Virus record (IMG/VR): IMGVR_UViG_2713896785_000008
DNA length: 4,803 nt
Reading direction: 5' to 3' (one strand)
Source of the DNA: a virus
Lineage: Duplodnaviria; Heunggongvirae; Uroviricota; Caudoviricetes
The notes under the pieces are model-generated. The model saw nothing but the letters and a program-made list of their open reading frames with translations, ran no database searches and was not told where the DNA came from. The translations under genes were made by a program, and so were the position numbers. Shown one piece after another: positions 1 through 4,803 of the stretch. Within the stretch, counting starts at the first letter, position 1, and each line of letters starts with the position of its first letter.

Positions 1-719
1 CGACGTTTGGGGCGTAACATAAAAGACTCCGGCGACTCCGGATCCACTTTCAGCGCCAGCACCTTTTTCGCCTTATCCTGGATGATGCTGGTGGCAGTAA
101 CCGAAGGCACAAGGTCACTTTCCCGGGTGACAGACGGCACAACAGGCTTCGGTAATCTCAGTGCCTTACGGGCTGCACTTTCCGGTAAGGCATACGCCAG
201 GTCATTACGAATCAGCCACCAGCACAGTTCCGGCATTGTCACAACGTGACTATCATCAAAACCGAGATCCCGACGCACAACAGACAACACCCAGCGGGCA
301 CAGTTATCCGTTGCCATTGCTTCCAGCCGTTCCGTGAACTGATCGCGCAGCTGGTTATCGCAGTGCCAGCACAGACGGATTGCGCCCGGAGCGTGTCGCA
401 TTGTGGTCATGTTCTCGCTGTGCCAGTCGGAATGAGGCCACTGGCAGCCTTTTTCACGAAGTAACCAGCTTTCAAGACATTCCACGCCACCAGCACGACG
501 GATCACCGCCTCATGGCGGAACACGGCCCGAACGGCAGGATCATCCGCCAGCGGTTGTGATGCTGCCGGAACGGCACCACTGGCAAAAGATGAATAACGT
601 TCCGGCTCAGGCTCCAGCAGGACACGCCCCTGCATAAACAGGGGCATCAGCTCTGAACCTGGTCTGAACAAGACGATCCCCATACGCGGGGCAATTTCAG
701 GGGTCAGCAGTGCTCTCAA
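1..719 (-). CDS. Hypothetical protein, 3'-truncated by the window edge; Cys/His cluster weakly suggests an HNH/NinG(Rap)-like nuclease
   Basis: The minus frame is open from 728 down to position 1 (no stop in window, hence absent from the ORF track). Candidate starts: TTG 719-717 with GAGG 7 nt upstream (overlapping the upstream TGA), ATG 683-681, or ATG 410-408. Translation includes ...GCQWPHSDWHSENMTTMRHAPGAIRLCWHCDNQ... Start choice is uncertain. Confidence 0.45.
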   Translation of the reverse strand, partial: MRALLTPEIAPRMGIVLFRPGSELMPLFMQGRVLLEPEPERYSSFASGAVPAASQPLADDPAVRAVFRHEAVIRRAGGVECLESWLLREKGCQWPHSDWHSENMTTMRHAPGAIRLCWHCDNQLRDQFTERLEAMATDNCARWVLSVVRRDLGFDDSHVVTMPELCWWLIRNDLAYALPESAARKALRLPKPVVPSVTRESDLVPSVTATSIIQDKAKKVLALKVDPESPESFMLRPKR

Positions 720-728
720 CGTAGAACC

Positions 729-1244
729 TCACAGCACAATCTGTTTCAGTTTCTGTACCGCTTTCCCCATATCCGCCATAGCATCAACAAACTCATCAAA
801 TTTACGACTTGCCATTCCATACGCCTGGAGGATTTCCAGTTTCAGAGGATCCAGTTGCTTTTTAATTTCCGCACGATCATTAAATTTCTTCTCTGCTTCT
901 TCCGCAGCCCTGATCAGCTCCTCAGCATGCCTGCGTAATTCATCCGGAGTAACGGTCTTTTTAATCACAACGGGTTCCTCTGTTTTTACTGGTATTTCAC
1001 TATTTACTGCCTGATGTCCAAATTTAGGATGATGTAACGTTGTAGTTCTTCCATCATTCGCAACGACCAGAAGTCCACTGTCGCGGATAATGCCAATGAG
1101 TATCTCCTTATCCCTTTTATTCAGTAGACTGTACGCCTGCACTTTCTGTGATATCTGGGTCAGTGTTGCGCCTTCCGGCATTCGTTCAACAAAACGTTTA
1201 ACCCTGGATAAAACTGGCTGCAGATGGGGTGGTGTAATTCTCAT
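729..1244 (-). CDS. Hypothetical phage protein (171 aa); N-terminal region looks like a possible winged-helix, C-terminal region is charged/coiled-coil-like
   Basis: Complete ORF with ATG 1244-1242 preceded by GGAGG at an 8-nt spacer (TGAtgGGAGGcgtggagcATG). No overlapping ORF on either strand in the track. I do not recognise the family. Confidence 0.65.
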   Translation of the reverse strand: MRITPPHLQPVLSRVKRFVERMPEGATLTQISQKVQAYSLLNKRDKEILIGIIRDSGLLVVANDGRTTTLHHPKFGHQAVNSEIPVKTEEPVVIKKTVTPDELRRHAEELIRAAEEAEKKFNDRAEIKKQLDPLKLEILQAYGMASRKFDEFVDAMADMGKAVQKLKQIVL

Positions 1245-1259
1245 GCTCCACGCCTCCCA

Positions 1260-2019
1260 TCAGTGAACGGTATCGAGCAGCTTTAACAGCTCAGGGAATC
1301 GGGATTCGAAGAAATGCGGCTGCGTNNNNNNNNNNNNNNNNNNNNNNNNNNNNNNNNNNNNNNNNNNNNNNNNNNTCGCGCTGCTCGACGATCCCCAGTT
1401 TCACCATCTGGTGATATGCCTGATTAGCCGTCAGGCGTATACCATACTGTTTCAGCAGTGCACTCAGTGACAGTGTCGGGCGGCTTGAACCATCTGGCGC
1501 ATCAGCAGGTGCATCAATGGCATAGCTCGGCATAAGTTCAGGAAGACCTGCTACCTTTGATAATTTCTGGTATGCACCAAGTTTCGAGGAGTTTGACAGA
1601 TTTAGAGTCTTTGCTGCTGATTCAAGCAGAATGACCCCGGATTTAATTTTGTCGGATGTGGTTTCTTCTGGTGATGAATTATGAAGCGCATCAAAAGTAC
1701 GTATCACTTTTAAGCTGAATGCCGGGCTGATCCACATTGCATATGCATAGACCAGCTCTTTACAGACATACGTCCCACCATTGCGCCCCTGAATGGTGAT
1801 GACAGGAATACTACGGGAATCTCCCGTAGTTTCTTCTTCCAGTAATTCCACAAGAGCCTTCGTTTCAGGACGACGCATAAACTCGTGAACTTCCAGCGAA
1901 CGGGAGGAGCGATTCTCACCAGCGGCAAGAAGAGCAGCTTTCTGAAGGTCGTTAAGACAGTAGTTAGATTCAAAGTACTGGCGCACAGAAACGCCATCAA
2001 TTACAAGCAACTGATTCAT
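1260..2019 (-). CDS. KilA-N domain protein (antirepressor/Roi-like), interrupted by a 50-N run
   Basis: ATG 2019-2017 preceded by GGAG at a 6-nt spacer (GGAGaaaccaATG). Translation MNQLLVIDGVSVRQYFESNYCLNDLQKAA...RPETKALVELLEE...IPVITIQGRNGGTYVCKELVYAYAMWISPAFSLKVIRTF fits the KilA-N/APSES-type pattern. The track's longer start at 2115 adds a K/S-rich extension with no RBS. The 3' end is uncertain because of the N-run at 1326-1375: the track frame stops at 1291, while an alternative frame (...FPELLKLLDTVH*) stops at 1262-1260 directly on the RBS of the next gene. Confidence 0.6.
1326..1375. other. Run of 50 N (assembly gap or masked bases) inside the KilA-N gene
   Basis: Directly visible. 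50 is not a multiple of 3 and the true length is unknown, so reading frame across it cannot be trusted. Confidence 0.95.
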
Positions 2020-2105
2020 TGGTTTCTCCACAAATTTCGGGACTGCACTCCCTTTTCGTTGATGCAAGATGAACTTACTGCGATTTTTAATAGTTATCAA
2101 GGATA

Positions 2106-2125
2106 CACTGTTCATAAATACAGTA
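2106..2125. promoter_or_regulatory. Consensus LexA (SOS) box in the promoter region of the KilA-N gene
   Basis: caCTGTtcataaatACAGta matches CTGT-N8-ACAG with an AT-rich centre; on the minus strand it reads TACTGTatttatgaACAGtg. It lies 87-106 bp upstream of the KilA-N ATG in a 150-bp AT-rich intergenic region. Promoter-like hexamers nearby on the minus strand: TGAACA-16 nt-TATTAA, or TTGATA-17 nt-TAAGTT. It is the only CTGT-N8-ACAG match I found scanning the window by eye. Confidence 0.5.
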
Positions 2126-2170
2126 TCTTTAACGAGGTAATACCCAAATTTAGGGTGTTGCTCAATTCCG

Positions 2171-2378
2171 TTACCGAGTTGCTAATTTGCAACTCGCTTT
2201 TTCGTACTTACTGATAGTGATCTCGACCTTCCCTTCCGGGATAACCGGTCCCCACTCCACCAGNNNNNNNNNNNNNNNNNNNNNNNNNNNNNNNNNNNNN
2301 NNNNNNNNNNNNNNNNCCTTTGTTGGGGTGTCGCCAGTACGTGTTCACGCTGGGCGGAAAAGGCAGGATCAGCTTCAT
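2171..2378 (-). CDS. rusA: RusA-like Holliday junction resolvase, interrupted by a 53-N run
   Basis: ATG 2378-2376 overlaps the upstream TGA (ATGA coupling). N-terminal translation MKLILPFPPSVNTYWRHPNKG matches the RusA N-terminal motif (LPWPPSxNxYYRH). After the gap, ...VEWGPVIPEGKVEITISKYEKASCKLATR* matches the RusA C-terminal region (...PVTKGGRLELTITE...). Stop TAA 2173-2171. With 53 N the two parts are out of frame and the protein would be about 68 aa against about 120 for RusA, so the N-run probably under-represents the missing sequence. Confidence 0.55.
2175..2204 (+). terminator. Perfect 8-bp inverted repeat (CGAGTTGC-taattt-GCAACTCG) followed by CTTTTT on the plus strand; terminator-like hairpin or operator
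   Basis: Stem 2175-2182 / 2189-2196, loop 2183-2188, T-tract 2197-2202. The T-tract follows the stem only on the plus strand, where no gene is supported. It lies inside the 3' end of the rusA-like ORF, so function is unclear. Confidence 0.3.
2264..2316. other. Run of 53 N (assembly gap or masked bases) inside the rusA-like gene
   Basis: Directly visible; see the rusA-like feature for why its true length is probably larger. Confidence 0.95.
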
Positions 2379-2701
2379 ACTTTCAGGCCCCTCTCATGTA
2401 ACCAGTGGGTTGCACGCAGCCTTGCGTTTTCCTCACCGGCAAGCAGTGAGTGGATAATCCCGACCGCCTCGCTGTCGTCGTCCTTCACCGCGGTATGAAG
2501 CGTTATCCCCCGGGCCACGCCACGCTTTATCGTGATGACGCCTTTTTTCTCCAGTGCGCGAAGATGCTCTACCGCTGCATTCACTGAACGGTATCCCAGC
2601 ATGGTTGCCACCTCCTGATTGGTTGGCGGAAAGCCACGCTCTTTCTGATAAGAAATCAGCATATCCAGCACCTGCTGCTGGCATTGAGTTAATGTCGTCA
2701 T
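2375..2701 (-). CDS. LexA-like DNA-binding protein: LexA N-terminal winged-helix domain only, no S24 peptidase domain
   Basis: 108-aa ORF. MTTLTQCQQQVLDMLISYQKERGFPPTNQEVATMLGYRSVNAAVEHLRALEKKGVITIKRGVARGITL aligns from residue 1 with the LexA DNA-binding domain as I recall it ([68 protein letters not shown]), including the recognition helix RS-NAA-EHL-AL-KG. The remaining ~40 aa are unrelated and there is no Ala-Gly cleavage site or Ser/Lys dyad region. ATG overlaps the methyltransferase stop (ATGA at 2698-2701). Confidence 0.75.
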   Translation of the reverse strand: MTTLTQCQQQVLDMLISYQKERGFPPTNQEVATMLGYRSVNAAVEHLRALEKKGVITIKRGVARGITLHTAVKDDDSEAVGIIHSLLAGEENARLRATHWLHERGLKV

Positions 2702-3351
2702 GCCGCCATCTCCCTGACCAGTTTTTCCGCCTGCTGGCGAACCTGCGCCAGAAACGCCTCACCACATGCCTCAAGTTCATCGCGCCCAATGTAGCTGATT
2801 GCCGGTCCCTTCCAGGTCTTGTCAAAAACAGCAATAGCACCAGCGAAAAAAGCTCCTGTCGGTACCTGCTTCTCGTCTTTCGGGATAAACCAGACAGGCA
2901 GTTCAAAACCAATACGCCCGCGAATAAAAGCAATATGATCTGCATCTTCCGGCCACCACACTTCGCTGGTGGCAGCTTTGATCAGGAAAACATAGCGNCC
3001 GCCCTTATCACGCATGGCACTGGCATGNTTCATGATGTAACGCATGCCGGTGATGTATTGCCCCTCATGCTGACTGGCGCGGCTGTATGGAGGATTACCA
3101 AAGGCAGCACCTTTAAGCTCCGCAAGGCGTTCTGACCAGTCATGCGCCAGCGCGTTGTCTTCCGCCGTGTAATACGCGGCACATTTGGCGTTATCACCGT
3201 CAGTGAACAGATCCAGAACAAACGGACCAAACAGGGTGTTAATTCCCCAGAAAATGTTATCCGGCGTGCGCCACTGATCTCCCACTTCCTTCAGTTCATG
3301 GGCTGGTTTATTCCGCAGTTCCACCAGCGCCTGGCAATATTTATTACTCAT
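2698..3351 (-). CDS. Phage-type DNA N6-adenine methyltransferase (Dam-like), orphan
   Basis: 217-aa ORF with the NPPY motif IV (…AAFGNPPYSRAS…) typical of amino-methyltransferases. ATG 3351-3349 preceded by GGGGG, overlapping the upstream TAA (TAATG). Two ambiguous bases (2998, 3028) give X in the translation. No restriction endonuclease partner in the window. Confidence 0.8.
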   Translation of the reverse strand: MSNKYCQALVELRNKPAHELKEVGDQWRTPDNIFWGINTLFGPFVLDLFTDGDNAKCAAYYTAEDNALAHDWSERLAELKGAAFGNPPYSRASQHEGQYITGMRYIMXHASAMRDKGXRYVFLIKAATSEVWWPEDADHIAFIRGRIGFELPVWFIPKDEKQVPTGAFFAGAIAVFDKTWKGPAISYIGRDELEACGEAFLAQVRQQAEKLVREMAA

Positions 3352-3443
3352 TAAGCCCCCACGTAAAAAGCATCCGCAATGTCTCCGGAAGTACAGCCCG
3401 GATGGGCTTCAATGAATTTCTGAACGTCATTTAACAGACTCAT
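3351..3443 (-). CDS. Small ORF (30 aa, MSLLNDVQKFIEAHPGCTSGDIADAFYVGA) translationally coupled between the rep and methyltransferase genes
   Basis: ATG 3443-3441 lies 2 nt after the rep TGA (3448-3446) and is preceded by GGGGGTGA. Its TAA (3353-3351) overlaps the methyltransferase ATG (TAATG). Codon usage looks typical (CTG, GAC, CAG, GAA, CCG, GGC). Too short for the ORF track. Confidence 0.3.
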   Translation of the reverse strand: MSLLNDVQKFIEAHPGCTSGDIADAFYVGA

Positions 3444-3445
3444 GA

Positions 3446-4438
3446 TCACCCCCTGAATCCTGCCGGGATCTGGCTGTAGTCCACGTTGTCGTAACTGGCT
3501 TTGAAGTACGGGTCTTCACGTTTTTCTGTGTGCGTGCTGACGGACGGCGATAAGCGCAGGGAAAGCTCATCCCATTTTTCCCGCAACTTCGACGGGCTGA
3601 GCACGTTACGGCACCAGAACGGATCGCGGCTGACGCGGCTGTACATCTCGCAGATTTGTTTGTGAGTACGACCATCCTGCACACACATCAGGCGAATTTC
3701 GTTTGCCCATGCTGTCCAGTTCGGTTCTTTGGGACGAACCACCTCGCCGTCACATTCGGCGGCCTGCTCGTACAGGGCGATGATTTTTTTCCAGAGCCAC
3801 TGTGCGCAGGTCAAATCATCCTGCGTTCCCCACTGGCGCTTTTTAGGGCTGAATACAACCGCATCAGGATGGCGAGTTAAAAACTCCTGTTCAGCCGTTT
3901 GCGTGTCCGGTTGCGAAGCGTCCGGACGAGAAGAGGTTTTATTCTCTGTAGTAATCTCTGTTGTATTCTCTGTAAGATCATTGGGCCATTTTGACCCGAT
4001 GACAGCGTGTCGTTTTGAACCAATGGATCGTATCATTTTGCGCCCATCCATCAGGTCACTTTGACCCGATGGAGAAGTGCATTTTGACCTGATGGATTCG
4101 TTCACTTTGACCTCTTCTAAAAGCTCACTTTCATAGTTGATCGTGTAGAAGTTGGTCATGTCACGCTTCGATTTATTGAGTTGCTCGCGACGCAAAACCC
4201 CAAGTGATTTCAGGCTTGCAAATGTGCGTTTCAGAGTGGACTCTGACCAGAACGGAAACTGCTCCAGCCACTGTTCTGTCGTGTTATAAACCCAGCGAAT
4301 TCCGCCATGCTCAGTGCCTGAATTCGTTTCATTCAGCCAGTAATGAAGCTGCTGCAACACAATTGCCTCATTCAGACCAATACGGCATGCAAGATCACGA
4401 TTTATCACAATGGGCTGGGATGTCATTAACAGGCTCAT
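3446..4438 (-). CDS. Phage replication initiator (replisome-organizer type: N-terminal DNA-binding domain plus conserved phage C-terminal domain; lambda O-like role)
   Basis: 330-aa ORF. ATG 4438-4436 preceded by GAGG at a 6-nt spacer. N-terminal ...PIVINRDLACRIGLNEAIVLQQLHYWL... is the characteristic replisome-organizer N-terminal motif as I recall it. An iteron array and AT-rich tract lie within the gene, as in lambda O. Confidence 0.8.
   Translation of the reverse strand: MSLLMTSQPIVINRDLACRIGLNEAIVLQQLHYWLNETNSGTEHGGIRWVYNTTEQWLEQFPFWSESTLKRTFASLKSLGVLRREQLNKSKRDMTNFYTINYESELLEEVKVNESIRSKCTSPSGQSDLMDGRKMIRSIGSKRHAVIGSKWPNDLTENTTEITTENKTSSRPDASQPDTQTAEQEFLTRHPDAVVFSPKKRQWGTQDDLTCAQWLWKKIIALYEQAAECDGEVVRPKEPNWTAWANEIRLMCVQDGRTHKQICEMYSRVSRDPFWCRNVLSPSKLREKWDELSLRLSPSVSTHTEKREDPYFKASYDNVDYSQIPAGFRG
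3936..3985. other. AT-rich tract flanking the iterons (putative DNA unwinding element of the origin)
   Basis: About 70% A+T with three TCTCTGT copies, immediately downstream of the iterons in the direction of rep transcription, matching lambda ori layout (iterons then AT-rich region). Confidence 0.45.
3987..4114. repeat. Iteron array: six direct repeats at 23-24 bp spacing, consensus CAYTTTGACCYGATGGA (putative origin of replication)
   Basis: Copies at 3987-4003 (cattttgacccgatgac), 4011-4027 (cgttttgaaccaatgga), 4034-4050 (degenerate), 4057-4073 (cactttgacccgatgga), 4080-4096 (cattttgacctgatgga) and 4103-4114 (cactttgacctc, partial). They sit in the linker-coding part of the rep gene. Confidence 0.65.
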
Positions 4439-4447
4439 GACCGACCT

Positions 4448-4786
4448 CTATTTCCCTGAATTTACGACGAAACTGTTCGAGCGGACTGAAGCATTCATGT
4501 TCATAGCCTTCACGGAGGTAGATAACCCGTTGTGTTTCCGGCTCCCAACGAATGACTCTGACGGGCACTCCGTAGTGATCTTTGAACCAGCGGTTAACTT
4601 GTCGCAAAGGACTGTCTCCTTCTGCCGGTTGAAATCACCCACAGCCCACTCTGCAAAGCTGTGGGTTACAATTTCCCTGTCACCTGGTACATTCACTGCA
4701 TAGCAATACTCCACCTTCGCTTTTCCACCCGGTACAGGAAGCGCAATCAGTTGCGAGCGACGGTAGTGTGTTGTTAAACTGTTCAT
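4448..4786 (-). CDS. Hypothetical protein upstream of rep (112 aa as drawn; frame of the 3' half uncertain)
   Basis: ATG 4786-4784 preceded by GGAGA at a 9-nt spacer. TAG stop 4450-4448 overlaps the rep RBS. The N-terminal ~58 aa look coding. The C-terminal half is Ser-rich and is overlapped by a more protein-like alternative frame (TTG 4607 to TGA 4395); see findings. Confidence 0.4.
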   Translation of the reverse strand: MNSLTTHYRRSQLIALPVPGGKAKVEYCYAVNVPGDREIVTHSFAEWAVGDFNRQKETVLCDKLTAGSKITTECPSESFVGSRKHNGLSTSVKAMNMNASVRSNSFVVNSGK

Positions 4787-4803
4787 GCGTTAGTTTCTCC
4801 ACA

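Noticed and set aside
7-637. Plus-strand ORFs 7..249, 246..464 and 380..637
   Set aside because: They lie in three different frames, start with TTG, and are antisense to a continuous minus-strand frame open from 728 to 1. They read as shadow ORFs of the minus-strand gene.
2019-2115. Extended start of the KilA-N ORF at 2115 (as in the ORF track)
   Set aside because: The extra 32 codons are K/S-rich with no RBS and run through the SOS box and promoter, whereas ATG 2019 has GGAG at ideal spacing and starts directly on the KilA-N motif.
2175-2196. Intrinsic terminator for the minus-strand operon
   Set aside because: On the minus strand the hairpin is followed by GUAACGGAAUU, not a U-tract. The T-tract is only on the plus-strand side.
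1885-2498. Plus-strand ORFs 1885..2214 and 2187..2498
   Set aside because: The first is antisense to the KilA-N gene and intergenic DNA. The second spans the N-run and is antisense to the rusA-like and LexA-like genes. No RBS or coupling supports either.
2554-3354. Plus-strand ORFs 2554..3135 and 3142..3354
   Set aside because: Antisense to the methyltransferase and LexA-like genes, which have clear motifs and coupled starts.
1710-3684. Minus-strand alternative-frame ORFs 1710..2000, 2433..2945, 3030..3230 and 3427..3684
   Set aside because: Each is nested out of frame inside a better-supported minus-strand gene, with Arg/Ser-rich low-complexity translations typical of off-frame reading.
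3987-4114. CRISPR array
   Set aside because: The repeats are about 17 bp at a 23-bp period with only 6-7 bp between them (no spacers), are degenerate, and lie inside a coding sequence next to an AT-rich tract. That is an iteron origin, not CRISPR.
4402-4410. DnaA box-like sequence TTATCACAA
   Set aside because: A single 7/9 match inside the rep coding sequence with no cluster, which is expected by chance.
3656-4703. Plus-strand ORFs 3656..3880, 3729..4064, 4204..4440 and 4410..4703
   Set aside because: Antisense to the rep gene and the upstream ORF. All other evidence places the genes on the minus strand.
1-4803. tRNA, rRNA, integrase, att sites, IS elements or transposase
   Set aside because: No cloverleaf-like or rRNA-like segments, no terminal inverted repeats, and no recombinase-like translations were seen. 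The window appears to be entirely a phage replication and nin-like module.

Overview
The window reads as a single leftward (minus-strand) gene cluster from the replication and nin-like region of a lambdoid-type enterobacterial prophage or phage. No plus-strand gene is supported. In transcription order (high to low coordinates): an upstream ORF with an unresolved frame (4448-4786); a replisome-organizer replication initiator (3446-4438) carrying an internal iteron origin (3987-4114, with an AT-rich flank at 3936-3985); a 30-aa coupled small ORF; a Dam-like N6-adenine methyltransferase; a protein resembling only the LexA N-terminal DNA-binding domain; a RusA-like resolvase interrupted by an N-run; an intergenic region with a consensus LexA/SOS box (2106-2125); a KilA-N domain (antirepressor/Roi-like) gene; a 171-aa hypothetical; and a long ORF that runs off the left edge and carries a Cys/His cluster. 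The most interesting hypothesis is an SOS-linked switch: a non-cleavable LexA mimic encoded just upstream of a LexA box that sits in the promoter region of the KilA-N gene. The sequence is draft quality (N-runs at 1326-1375 and 2264-2316, single N at 2998 and 3028), which limits two gene models. All homology calls are from reading the translations by eye, with no database search.
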